Shown here: positions 14,040-26,639 of the stretch, one piece after another | Numbering within the stretch: position 1 is the stretch's first letter | Layout of the letters: each line of letters starts with the position of its first letter | Assembly (NCBI RefSeq): GCF_006345805.1 | Contig: NC_042997.1 | Span: 9,052,001-9,116,000, forward strand | Direction: 5' to 3' | From: Octopus sinensis | Lineage: Eukaryota | Length of the DNA stretch: 64,000 nt | Program-made: the position numbers and the translations under genes | Notes under the pieces: model-generated | Seen by the model: only the letters and a program-made list of their open reading frames with translations | Told to the model about the DNA's origin: nothing | Databases searched by the model: none

Positions 14040-14445
14040 CCATTCTACTTATGTGTCTACAGCCGATTTCGTAACAACATATATTTTCTGCTCTTAGCTG
14101 TTTTTGCAAAGGATTGTTGTGAAAACAGAAGATAAAAGTGTTCTGAAATTCCACTATCCTGATCTCTATTCAAAGTCTCTTTTGTCTTTTGATTGTCTGC
14201 TTTTCCCTTTTGCTTTCGGTGATGCCATGACAACACGGATATCTCTCTTGCACATGTTTCAAAACTTGTCTGCTTTAAATCCAATCACTTCTAATTCTAT
14301 TGCTTTTGAGTTTTGTAATAATATGGTATAGAACATTCTCTAATCTTATATGCTTTGTTTCTTTTTTTTTATCTATTAAGATAACATCCGGTCGCCATGC
14401 TTCTTTTACATGGTCAGTTTGAACAGAGAAAGCTAACAAAAGTTT
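14040..14445 (-). mobile_element. R4/Dong LINE 3' end (restriction-like endonuclease domain remnant)
   Basis: Minus-strand FSVQTDHVKEAWRPDVILIDKKKR matches the RLE TD...RPD...DK motif; downstream DLK and QKQL blocks are in shifted frames. Confidence 0.65.
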
Positions 14446-14574
14446 ACAACAGCAATTTATGCTCAGTTTCTCATTAGTTACAGGTTATTGTGTTCCCCAT
14501 GTATGTGGTAGCCCAGTTTCACTGGATTTTTCTCTTAACCCCTTTCAGCTATTTCACCTGTGATTATGACAAAC

Positions 14575-14640
14575 AACACAACTACTAATACTACTACCCA
14601 CCCCAGCACTGCCACCACCGCTGCCACCACCACCACCACC

Positions 14641-14683
<43 letters not shown>

Positions 14684-14811
14684 GAAGTAGTAGTTATTTT
14701 ATCAATTTTGAAAGGATGAAAAGTGAAGATGATACTGGTCAGGTATTAATTTCAAATGGCAGGGGTTATTGCATGGCATTTTGCAAGGAAGCCCATATAA
14801 CAATGATGATA

Positions 14812-14891
<80 letters not shown>

Positions 14892-14935
14892 TATAATAAT
14901 AATAATAATAATGATGATGATGATAATAATAATAG
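14575..14935. repeat. (ACC)/(ACT) and (GAT)/(AAT) microsatellites
   Basis: Directly visible. Confidence 0.9.
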
Positions 14936-15742
14936 TTGCTCCCATGGCTTTTGATGCCCTGATGCAGTACCAGGCAGCAGCTCTCATGGCTTTTGATTTT
15001 AACTGATTGGAAGTGTTATCATGTACATTGTTTTGCCTTAGTATAAAAGATGGGCTACAACAAAATGTTCTGCTCAATACCACATATTTGCTTGACAGTT
15101 GTTTGACCGTAACCAGTTGAGCATGTCTCTTAATGGCGGACGATTTGTGCATCTCTGATCATGAGTAGAAGTAGCGGGGGAGCATCATAGCTATGTGCTC
15201 AGAAGAATTCTTTGGGGTATGAATAATCCATCTCTGGAAACATGGAGGTCTTGTTCAACATCCTTAAACAACCCTGATTCAGGAACTGTTTCAATAGGAT
15301 GGGCTACTTGAGCTGAAGGAAATTCTAACCGGACCCCACCTGTAAGGTCACAGACTGTTAATCTTGGTATGAGATCACCTTGTTGCACACATATGATTAT
15401 GATGCATGTGCCTAGTGTACCCTTATCAGACTGGTAGTCATGATGGATACATTGGGCTTTGTATATTTTACCTCAGTGTCACTTTGATGGCATGTGCGGC
15501 TCTGTCACTCAACAATAATGTTCAGTGACATAATGATAACCAGCATCATATCATAATAATGATAATGGTAATAATAATGACAATGATGCTGATAGTGAAG
15601 TTGAGAACTACCAATCAGAGAAAAAGCAAACAACTGGAATGAAAGCTCAAAATTAAGCAAAACGATGATATACCATTTGCTAAAGAGACACTGAAGTGAT
15701 AAATTCAAGCAAAGGTAAAGAAGCACAGAAGATTTGACCATG

Positions 15743-16215
15743 CATAGGAGTGGCTGTGTGGTAAGTAGCTTGCTTACCAACCATATGGTTCTGGGTTCAG
15801 TCCCACTGCATGGCACCTTGAGCAAGTGTCTTCTACTATAGCCTCGGGCCAACCAAAGCCTTGTGAGTTGATTTGGTAGACGGAAACTGAAAGAAACCCG
15901 TCGTATATGTATGTATATATATATGTACGTGTGTGTATGTGTTTGTGTGTCTGTGTTTGTACCCCCAACATCACTTGATAACCGATGGGTGTGTGTTTAT
16001 GTCCCTGTAACTTAGTGGTTCGACAAAAGAGACCGATAGAGTAAGTACTAGGTGTGTGTCCTTGTTTGTCTTCTTTATGTTTAGCTCCTTGTGGGCAATA
16101 AAGAAATAAATAAGTACTAGGCTTACAAAGAATAAGTCCTGGAATCGATTTGCTTGACTAAAGGCAGTGCTCCAGCATGGCCACAGTCAAGTGACTGAAA
16201 CAAGTAAAAGAGTAT
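15743..16215 (+). mobile_element. tRNA-derived SINE family A, full length
   Basis: GGAGTGGCTGTGTGGTAAG...GGGTTCAGTCCC head, internal (TA)/(TG) tract, GAAACAAGTAAAAGAG tail. Confidence 0.85.
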
Positions 16216-16650
16216 GCGACAAGTTCTGCAGAAAAAATAAGGTCTTTAAAAAAGATGTCAAAACATTCTACCATGAGCAAGGTAAAAAATAATAATTTTT
16301 AAAGAAATCAAGAACATTTGGTGTATGATCAGATTGAAGAACAAAAGTCCGGACGAAAGAACTATGTAAATCTGACAACAACAGGAAAAACACAAACCTA
16401 TAAAGAACCTAGAGTGTTTGCCCTCAAAATTACAAGCCTAATAATTATCATGCACCTAGGATAAAAGGAATTGCCAACTTCTGGCTCAATAATCTTCATC
16501 ATCCACAAAGACAATACTTAAGCTTATATCATCACAAATCCAGAGAAATGTTCTGATGGTTAACATGGTGTGCCACCATCTCTCAATGACAGAATTCAAC
16601 AAATTACAGAACCATGGCCTGTCTTCCAACATTGTACCAGATCATCACCT
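16215..16650 (+). mobile_element. Decayed R4/Dong fragment from just upstream of the RT core
   Basis: APRIKGIANFWLNNL, IITNPEK and NYR..ACLPTLY-like blocks in broken frames. Confidence 0.5.
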
Positions 16651-16899
16651 CCATCAATCATCAAGAAGACTTGACAAAAAGAATCAGTTACCAACAGAAA
16701 AGAAGAGATGTAAGAGTAGAAGTAATGGAAAAGTATGCAATATAAATCTATTGAAAAGGTGCAATCTATAAGTAATATTGCAGAGATGAATGAGATGAAT
16801 CTAAAGTAGAGTTTGGGAACAATATCAAATTCATCACATGGCAACAGGAAGTTCTAGAGAATCACTCAGAATTTCCACAATGCAAAATCGCTATTAATA

Positions 16900-17330
16900 G
16901 CATTTTTGCTTTAGGCAAAAGGCATGGGATTTGGGCTAGTCAATTAAAGACAACAGTGCTAAACTGATACTTATTTTATCAAACCCAGAAAGATGAAAGG
17001 CAAAATTAACCATGTCAGAATTTGAACCCAGAACGTAAAGATGGATGAAATACTGTTATGCCTTTTGCCCTGTGTGCTAACGATTCTGCCAGTTCTCCAC
17101 AAGATTGGTCGTTAATATGGCTTTCTGCTATAGGTACAAAGCCTGAAATTTTGTGGCTAGGGGATAGTCAATTACATCAACCCCAGTGCCTTACAGGAAC
17201 TTATTTTATTGACCCCGAAAGATGAAAGGCAAAGTTGACCATGGCAGAATTTGAAATGTGAGCACAAATTTGGATGAAATACCATTAGGCATTCTATCTG
17301 ACAAGCTAATTAGTCTTTCAGCTCACCTCC
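16900..17330 (-). mobile_element. Two tandem SINE B copies
   Basis: Reverse complement of SINE B (GATGAAAGGCAAA...GAATTTGAAC). Confidence 0.65.
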
Positions 17331-17821
17331 GGAATGGTCATTAATATCAAGACAGACCAATATAAGAAGCAAGTTCTTCCAAGATAAGTCATTGTCCTTA
17401 CTGCTCTCCACTTTGTACAAAGTTTTTTACCCTGAAATTCTCTGTATATTCATGGACGAAACGATCTCCAAATTAAATAAATTCCAAATTGAAGTATTCA
17501 GTTAAGATTTTCAATTATAATTATATAATTATTCATCAAATGTAGTATATGACTTAATGAGAAGTTATACTTGGAAAATTTGAAAAAATTTTTGATTGTT
17601 GGATTATACGAACGAATATACTTAGACGCTAACTATATTTCTTATTCTATGCTTGTAATTAATAACGTGCCACTTATTCTTTAATACACTTCAAATTAGT
17701 GCCTCATTATAATTGGTAATCTTTAAAATGTGTTCTTCAGTACATAAGATAATATCAACGATATATTTCTATTTAGAATTCCAGTGATGTTAGTCAGGTG
17801 ATTAGAAGATTTATTGGTGTA

Positions 17822-18039
17822 TGAGGGGGTGCTGAAAAGTTCCTGGCTTTGGGTTAAAGAAAATACAGGAGGATCAGTTGATTATGAGTTTATACAACAT
17901 ATTCCTCTATTCAATTCACATACTTATTGCAGGAGTGCTTCAGCTTTTCTAAGTCGTGTTTAAAGAACTCAGAAGGTTGGACCTCCAACCAGGTATTTTT
18001 CAATACCCTTATAGACAGGAATGTTTCAGCACACCCTCG
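17822..18039. mobile_element. mariner-derived MITE
   Basis: Imperfect TIRs TA-TGAGGGGGTGCTGAAAAGTTCCTG ... CAGGAATGTTTCAGCACACCCTCG. Confidence 0.7.
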
Positions 18040-18494
18040 CAATTAATAACCTCATATTTTCTAGAAGGATGAAATTAGGTATCAGATTGATCCAGGTTCA
18101 CATCCAAGAAATTTTCCACAGATAAGTTAGTATCCAATGTGAATGAAAATTTGGAATCTAACAAAAAAGAATCACATGGACAAATTTGTCATTGTCAACC
18201 AGCTTTCTTCTTAGCATAGATCTGTTTCTATATTTTAGAAAATTTCCCCTAATTTGAAACAGTATACACATAGAACAATAAACCTTCTAACAATGGGTGG
18301 ATCACTTGATCCCCCACACCCACTCCATACTCATATCAAATAGAATAGTTGCAGATTTTCTTTTATTTTTTTATTTATTCATTTCATTTTTTATTTCATC
18401 TAGTTTCAGCTCACGAGCTGTGGCCATGCTGGGGCACCGCCATTTGGTGTTGCTACATAATTTTACTTCACGAATGCTTTTAAGCAATTGACAT

Positions 18495-18840
18495 TTGGTG
18501 CATGAGAGAGTTTGATGCAGCTGCCCTCATCTACACCTCCTGCCGTGAAGCTGGTTCATCTGGGATACCTGACAGGAAGAGGTCCAGCTTTATTTTGAAG
18601 AGACCTACATCCACCCCATGCAGGTCTCTCAGGGCCTTCGGGAAGATATTGAAGAACTATGGATCTCTGAAGCCCAGGCTGTTGCAGTATCTTGTCCTAC
18701 ATCTTGATGGCAAATTTGGTGTCTTGGACACAATGCAGTGGTGCCCAGTTCTAGTATTTGTGTAACTTTCGATGCCAAAGTTTGAGACAAGTCCTTCCAG
18801 GATCTTCCAGATGTATATTATGGCATATCTTTCTCGCCTA
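18495..18840 (-). mobile_element. CR1-group LINE 3' end
   Basis: Minus-strand RRERYAIIYIWKILEGLVSNF...FKIKLDLFLSGIPDEP. Confidence 0.7.
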
Positions 18841-19705
18841 CACTCTAAGGAGAAAGATCAAATGGAATCATTAAAAGTTTACCACTATTTTCTACATTTG
18901 TTTAATCACTTACATTTTGAAATTCCAAACAACTTTTATTATTTACACCAAAATTAATTGTTTTGAGTAGTAACAATAAAGTTAGAGACATGTAGCAATT
19001 ATTAATGTTGAAAGAGATAAATCTAGTTATACCCAAAGCAGTCTGTCATCTCAAACTATTACGCAATGGAGAGAACGTAGCCATTTATCTAATCTTAGGT
19101 ATTATCCTTTCTGATACTCGCTTACAAAATCTACCTATATTCAACTTATATATAATTGATATTTAAAATCTTCATTCTTTGAGGTATTGTTAATACACAC
19201 ACACACATGTTTATGTATGCTTAAATGTGTAGATGTATTTGTAGTTGTGTGTGTGTGTGTGTGTGTGATTGTATATTTGTGTTTCTGCGAATGAGTGCTA
19301 GAGGCATATTAGCCTAATAGATGAGTTATTATCAAACTCTAGCTAATGAACTTTCAGTATAAGATGAAGAACTAAAGAACTGAGTAATTCAATATCGTCT
19401 TAGATCCATATCTTTGAGAAAAATTCTCAATCCCAAATTGTTGATATAACTTATTACACTCCAACAGGCCTTTTTTGTAATCTTTAGTAATGACAATGTG
19501 AAGGAACTGTTGTTTAGAGACATTAAAACATTAAAACTTCTCATGTGTACAAGAATATTCCATGTCATGAAAGTAATGCATTCCTAAAAATATTATGGTA
19601 ACATGAAACTCTGTAATCATAATTAATTTTCCAATCAATTATCATATTATAAAGTGATAATGTGTTCCAACGAAATTTTTTTGGAACAAAAATTGCAATG
19701 CGTGG

Positions 19706-20410
19706 CTGTGAGGTAAGAAGCTTGTTTACCAACCACATGGTTCCAGGGTCAATTCCACTGCATGGCAGCTTGGGCAAGCATTTTCTACTATAGCCTCGGG
19801 CTGACCAAAGCCCTGAATGTGGGTTTGGTAGATGAAACTGAAAGAAACCCATCATATATGTTACTTGCGTCATCTTACTAGCACTTGTGTTAGTGGCACG
19901 CGAAAAAACATTTGAGCAAGGTCGTTGCCAGTGCCGCTGGACTGACTCCTGTGGTGGTGGCACATAAAAAGCACCATTTGAGCATGGCCGTTGCCAGTAC
20001 TGCCTGATTGGCCCTCATGTCAGTAGCACGTAAAAGCACCCACTACATTCTCGGAGTTGTTGGCATTAGGAAGGGCATCCAGCAGTAGAAGCTCTGCCAG
20101 ATCAGATTGGAGTCTGGTGCAGCCATCTGGTTTGCCAGACCTCAGGCAAATCGTCCAATCCATGCGAGCATGAAAAGCGGACGTTAAACAATGATGATGA
20201 TCATCATCATCATGTGTGCCTGTGTGTCTGTGTTTGTCCCCCGCCACTGCTTGACAACTGGTATTGGTGTGTTTATGTCCATGTAACGTAGTGGTTTGGT
20301 AAAAAAGATTGATAGAATAATCGCCAGGTTTAAAAGATGGACTTGGGTTGATTCATTTAACTAGAAATGCTTCAAGGTACAATCTAATGACTGAAACAAG
20401 AAAAAGAAAA
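19706..20410 (+). mobile_element. SINE A interrupted at its internal tract by an RTE 3'-tail fragment (~19860-20212)
   Basis: SINE head 19706-19858; RTE tail with GGCACGTAAAAGCACC subrepeats ending in (GAT)n; SINE tail resumes at ~20215. Confidence 0.75.
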
Positions 20411-20547
20411 GGAAATAAAAGAAAACAATTAAAGCAAGTAATTTCTAAACATACATAGTACAATAACAATTGCAGCGTGGTAGGTGTTTGTAAGCCATTT
20501 AAGAAACACACAAAAGCCGTTCGATTCACTTCAACATTTAAGTTTAA

Positions 20548-20597
20548 TTTGTCAAAATATTTTCGTCGCTAAAATCCGTGACCTGTTCACTGACAAA
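20548..20597 (-). ncRNA. Type I minimal hammerhead-like motif with a G3:C8 core variant
   Basis: Minus strand: TTTGTCA-GTGAACA-G-GTCACGGATTTTAGCGAC-GAAA-ATATT-T-TGACAAA. Stem I is 7 bp, stem II is GTC/GAC, stem III is the palindrome AATATT. Confidence 0.6.
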
Positions 20598-20619
20598 AAT
20601 CCGTCACGGATTTTTGTCA

Positions 20620-21168
20620 GGGATATGTTAAACTTTGCATAACTCTTACAAACAAGTCCTTGGAATTTCAGGATAGTACGCAAGTATTACACAAGTATTT
20701 TAAATCAGCAACAACATTTCCCCTAGTCAATTACTTTCATAAATTATTTGAAAGTTCTTCTCAGATGATATATATCTTAAAATTTGATATCATCAATAGA
20801 CTGGAGCAAAGATGTTGTATTCTTGAGGATATATTCTACTCTCAAATTATCTGAGAATTCATTCATTAGGTGACTTGGTGCATTGTCTAAAAATGGTAAT
20901 GCTTTGTTAGAAATGCTATGTCTAACACTGTAGCATTTATTCTTTTACTCCTTTACTTGTTTCAGTTATTTGACTGTGGCCATGGTGAAGCACCGCCTTT
21001 AGTCAAGCAAATCAACCCTGAGACTTATTCTTTGGAAGCATAGTACTTATTCTATTGGTCTCTTTTGCCAAATCACAAGGTTATGGGGACATAAGCACAC
21101 CCCCATCGGTTGTCAAGTGATGTTGGGGGGACAAACACAGACACACAAACATATGCACACACATATAC

Positions 21169-21202
<34 letters not shown>

Positions 21203-21900
21203 GACGAACTTCTTTCAAATTCCATCTACCAATTTCACTCACAAGGCTTTGGTCGGCCCGAGGCTATAGGAGAAGACACTTGCCCAAAGTGCCACGCAGT
21301 GGGACTGAACCCGGAACCATGTGGTTGGTAAGCAAGCTACTTACTACACAGCCACTCCTGCACCTATTTGGAAATAAATGTTTGTAAACCACTCTTCAAA
21401 AAGACTTTCAGTCATATATAGTCTTGTTTGAACATCAATTCAGGGATATGTTAAACTTGGCATAACTCTTACAAACAAGTCCTTGAAATTTCAGGGTAGT
21501 ACGCAAGCATTACACAAGTATTTTTAAATCAGCAACAACATTTCCTTCAAGAGAAAGGGTTAGAGATAGGTTTTGGCAGCTATAAATCCTAGTGTTGATT
21601 CTTCTCAATAAATAATAGTTCTAGCAGGCATAAACTTCCAGAAAATTGCAATATCACCCAAATTGTATAGATTCTCTGGTGTATATTTTCCTTCAGAAAT
21701 CATTTACTTAAGCTGCACAGAATTTGTAGAAACCTTTGTATCAAGTTTCATCAGTCACAGTTTTATTATTCTTGCTAATTTTAGTGTTTTTACTGTTTAA
21801 TCTTAAGTCAGTGCTGATTGACCAAAGATTAAAGTCTTTTAAAATGCATCAGGGTACCACTTTGTCTTCTGTCATTATCTTTATTGTAATTTCGATGATG
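20620..21900 (-). mobile_element. pogo/Tigger (CENP-B-like DDE) transposase remnant, interrupted by SINE A
   Basis: Minus-strand GKYTPENLYN...IFWKFMPART...GFIAAK, SFEEWF, KALPFLDNAPSH and ILKNTTSLLQSID blocks. Confidence 0.75.
20941..21364 (-). mobile_element. SINE family A, full length
   Basis: Reverse complement of the 15743 copy. Confidence 0.85.
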
Positions 21901-22348
21901 TTGATAGGTGGGTAATGGAGGTGGTTGGTTTGCTTTTAGTGTTGAAGCAGGCTAAGTTGGTGTTGATAGCTAGATGAGGCAGTGAATATATATGGGTGGG
22001 CAGATGGATGGATGGTTGATCACTGTAAGCCAAGAAAATTTATGCGATTTAACACAAATATTCACAAGGAGAAATTTCCCCTCATACTCTGTGTTTAAAG
22101 TAATATGCACAAACACTTGTATACACACCAACACACATATGTATGTACATTTCGAGATTATAGCTTTTCAACATTGTTAAGTATTCTTTGATCTTAGCTA
22201 AAATACTGTGAAGTAGACTTGGCTATGAAAAATGTGTTCTTTAAACTGTTAAAATTTATCTGAGTCTCTGAAGATAGCTGTAATATAATGGATGTTCATA
22301 TTATTCTGTTATTTAAACCATGTTTGAAAGGATTACTCATCTTTCTGT

Positions 22349-22648
22349 GGAGGTGCATGGCCTAGTGGTTAGAGCAGCAGATTCGCGGTCAAGGGATCGT
22401 GGGTTCGAATCTCAGACTGGGCGATGTGTGTGTTTATGTGTGAAACACCTAAGCTCCACACGGCTCCGGCAGAAGGTAATGGCAAACTTCTGCTGACACT
22501 TTCGCCACAACTTTCTCTCACTCGTTCCTCCCGCATCTTGCAGCTTACCTGTGACGGACCGGCGTCCCATCCAAGTGGGGAACCTATACGCCAAGGAAAC
22601 TGGGAAACCGGCCCTTATGAGCCAGGTGTGGCTCGAGAAGGAACAACT
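22349..22648 (+). mobile_element. tRNA-derived SINE family C
   Basis: Colinear with 12312-12615. Confidence 0.85.
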
Positions 22649-23544
22649 CATCTTTCTGAATTTAACACTCAGAAAATGTGCAAATAATCTTTTTCAAATG
22701 ATACTAGTTACAGATTTATAAAGGTAACATGTCTTTGATTTAAAACCAAAATATTGTATTTACTTGTCTATTAGTTGCTGCTTTTCAACATAGAAAGCTT
22801 GCCATCTCGTCTATTTTTATGGATGAGTTGCTCTTTGCTATAAACATTGCTCTAATGTCATTTGTACAATCTGTATCAAATTGACTTTGGATATAAGTCT
22901 CCTTGGAAAACTTGATCAAGTATATACATATATTGCTTTTCTTGTTGAGCATTTTTAGACTTGAGACCAATCATGCATCAAAAAAAAAAATTTACCTGAA
23001 TGGTTCAACAGAAAGTACTGAGATTCCAAACAGGAAAACACATTTTAAAATTCTTATTTGGGAGACCGATTCAGTTACAAAAGACTGAGATGGTTAAGCT
23101 TTATATTTCGATAAGCAACAACAAGCAGACACCCAGCAGTTTTAAATCATTGACATCTGTGTACTCTTTTTATCTATTAAATGTTAACTGTCAATGGCTG
23201 TGTAACATCTTACTATGTTATTATAGAATATTAATATCTGATGTTTTTCAAATATATTAAAGATGTTTTGGAATTGTCTGAAATATTTTTGAAATAACAT
23301 TCTACTGTACCTTTCACGCTAAAATGTTATTATCGTCTAACGATTTTCTTTTGAATTAAAGCAGAGATTTCATTCTTAAGGCATAATAACTATGTAATAA
23401 ATATTTTCTCTAGTTATCTGTATAATTTGTATGAAGACATCTTTCTTTGAGTTTATATGTATGCGTGTGTGTGCGTGCGTATGCATATATATGTGTGTGT
23501 ATGTGTGTATGTATGTATGTGTATGTATATATATATACATGTAT

Positions 23545-23955
23545 AGGCACAGGAGTGGCTGTGTGGTAAGTAGCTTGCTTACCAGCCACATGGTTCCGGG
23601 TTCATTGCTACTGCATGGCACCTTGGGCAAGTGTCTTCTACTATAGCCTCGGGCCAACCAAAGCCTTGTGAGTGGATTTGGTTGACAGAATCTGAAAGAA
23701 GCCCATTGAATATATGTATATATATGTATGTGTGTGTATATGCTTGTGTGTCTGTGTTTGTCCCACCAACATCGCTTGACAACCGATGCTGGTGTGTTTA
23801 TGTTCCTGTAACTTAGCGGTTCGGCAAAAGAGACCAGTAGAATAAGTACTAGGCTTCCAAAGAATAAGTCCTGGGGTCGATTTGCTTTTGACTAAAGGCG
23901 GTGCTCCAGCATGGCAGCAGTCAAATGACTGAAACAATTAAAAGAGTAAAAGAGT
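23545..23955 (+). mobile_element. SINE family A, full length
   Basis: Head, internal tract and tail all present. Confidence 0.85.
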
Positions 23956-24070
23956 ATATATATATATATATATACACACACACAATTGCAATGTGGAAGA
24001 TGGTTATAAGCCATTTAAGAACACACAAAAAAAACCATTAGATTCATTTCAACATTTAAATTTAATAAGA

Positions 24071-24118
24071 GTCAAAATATTTTCATTGCTTTGAAACCAC
24101 AACCTGTTCACTGACAAA
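24071..24118 (-). ncRNA. Second copy of the G3:C8 hammerhead-like motif
   Basis: Minus strand: TTTGTCA-GTGAACA-G-GTTGT-GGTTTCAAA-GCAAT-GAAA-ATATT-T-TGAC. Stem II is kept by WC and G.U pairs. Confidence 0.55.
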
Positions 24119-24351
24119 ACTTTGTGCTGCATCTAAGAAACTAACAGTTAGTTCATGATATATATGTGTTGATGTATGTACATATATATGTATAGGTTTA
24201 GGTATGTAAGTGCGTAGATGTGTCAGCATGTGTGTATATGTGTATGTACATGTAAATGTATATTATATTTATGTACTGATATGTGTGTCTGTTCAAGTTG
24301 TATATGTGACTGTTACTCTGTCAAATGTTGTATATATATATATATATATAT

Positions 24352-24556
24352 ATGTTCCTCTCACCACCGTCTAACGGTGAACAGACACAATGTCTTAGAT
24401 ACATACATGCAAATATAAACCTACCTATACGTATGTACAAGCACACACGATCATATAAACACATATACACACACATATAGATGTATAATCTTAAAGTATA
24501 CACAAGTATACGTTTATCCATCTACACATATATGTGTCTCTATTTTCACAGACAAT
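24352..24556 (-). repeat. Left arm of a ~205-bp inverted repeat (partner 26126-26329)
   Basis: ORFs 24321-24521(-) and 26159-26404(+) give near-identical translations (MDKRI.VYTL...SPLDGGER). Confidence 0.9.
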
Positions 24557-24593
24557 GGTTAAACTCAAATACTGTTTTTTGTGTTACATAGAC

Positions 24594-24633
<40 letters not shown>

Positions 24634-25009
24634 TATATATATATATGCATATATATATATATATTATATATATATATGTATATATGTATATATATATATA
24701 TATATACACATATATATGTATACATATATACCCCTACGTACAGGCATATACACACACATACAAACACACACATACTCACACATACACTTTCATACACACA
24801 TACACATGCAAGCTAAAATACACATACATCTACACATATGTACATACATATTAATCTATGTACACGCATATGACTATATATAATTACATATATATAATCC
24901 ACTGGTAATCCGTATTCACTCAGTGATGTCAAGTACTACCAAAATCAAAATCCTCGTGGCAGTCTAAGAGTAATGAGGAATGTATCCCCACTATGCCAAC
25001 CACAAGAAT

Positions 25010-25790
25010 GACAACAACACATCCAGCACTACATATTCTGAATGCAACGTTCCAGTTACACATAGTACAATAGAATCAAACTGTACAAAGTAACGAAAGC
25101 AAGATGTGAACGCATTCTAAGAAATGATGAAAATGGTATATGCCTCCTATACCGCAGGAAGTTCTAGAATAGGTTAGAGAAGATCACCAACAAAAAAAAT
25201 AGAAATAATACCTGATATGATAACAAGAAGTTTTACAGTGCACTGTTTGTTGATGCTAAACCTATGAACAAACTAACTAGGGCATTTAAGAAATTCCTGC
25301 ACAAAACTGGCCCTAAAATCAAAGTTGTAGAAAAGACAAGTAAGACTATCAAATCTGTATTAAGTAAGTCTTACCCATTTGATAAAATCATGTGTCAGAA
25401 TAATTGTGTAGTATGTTCTACAAAAGCTACATATGAACTGCAAAAAGAAAAATGCTGTATACCAGGTTAAGTGCCAGGAAATGACTAGCGCAGTTCTCCT
25501 GGAGTCCCGTATTGGTAAGACACCTAGGAGAATCAATGACAGGTTCAAAGAACACTTGGACAACTACACTGAAAATAAACCAAACTCCATCTTATATCAG
25601 CATGCTGTAGACTGCCACGATGGCGCCTTAGGGAGACTTAGGTTAGGCATCCTATCTGCACATGCCACTGACGTAATACTGAGACAAGTTACTGAGACTG
25701 TCTGTATACAGGAATACAAATCCACCCACAACCGTGAATCCGAATGGGGTAACACACAGATTCCAGTCAGGAGGACCCATCTATAATTAT
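25010..25790 (+). mobile_element. Penelope-like element fragment: RT C-terminal remnant plus GIY-YIG endonuclease, frameshifted
   Basis: KVVEKTSKTIKSVL...CQNNCVVC, then NCKKKNAVYQVKC...IGKTPRRINDRFKEH...HNRESEWG. Confidence 0.8.
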
Positions 25791-26041
25791 CCCATTCCTT
25801 CATTTACATGTAGAAATCGATACATACAAATGTATATGTAATTATATATAGTCGTATGAATGTACATAGATTAATATGTATGTATGTATGTATGTATGTA
25901 TTTGTAGATGGAGGTGGATTTTAATGTGCATGTGTATGTGTGTATATGTGTGTGTGTGTGAGTATGTGTGTGTATGTATGAGTGTGTATATGCATGCACC
26001 TATGAGTATGTGTGTATATATATATATATGTACATATATTG

Positions 26042-26072
<31 letters not shown>

Positions 26073-26125
26073 TCACATGTATATGTATGTCTATGTAAAA
26101 TACAAAAAAGTATCAGAGTTTAACA

Positions 26126-26324
26126 ATTGTCTGTGAAAATAGAGACATATATGTGTAGATGGATAAACGTATATATGTGTATACTTTAAGCTTATACGTA
26201 TATATGGGTGTGTATGTGTGTTTATATGACTATGTGTGCTATTATATATGTATAGGTAGGCTTATATTTGCATGTACGCATCTAAGACATTGTATCTATT
26301 CACCGTTAGATGGTGGTGAGAGGG

Positions 26325-26329
<5 letters not shown>
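26126..26329 (+). repeat. Right arm of the ~205-bp inverted repeat
   Basis: Reverse complement of 24352-24556 with scattered substitutions. Confidence 0.9.
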
Positions 26330-26377
<48 letters not shown>

Positions 26378-26639
26378 TATATTAGCCAATCAAAATCCAG
26401 CTAGGCTGAATATTCAGATGAAACTTTTATTCTCGTATTTTCACAAGTACTTCCATGTTTTCCAAAAATCTTCAGGTAATTGTTTATCTAGCAACAGTAA
26501 GTATAACCAGGTGGCTTTGTTATATAGTTAGAGATAACACTTACAATATTAAATCAGTTTTCATGAGAATGTCTTTGTAATATCTTTCAATTCAAATTAA
26601 CATTACTCTCCATTCAGGATTTGCTCGAAATTATCAATA

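Noticed and set aside
13627-15152. Homopolymer ORFs (poly-T/N/S/L/I/M)
   Set aside because: They are trinucleotide arrays, which lack stops in most frames.
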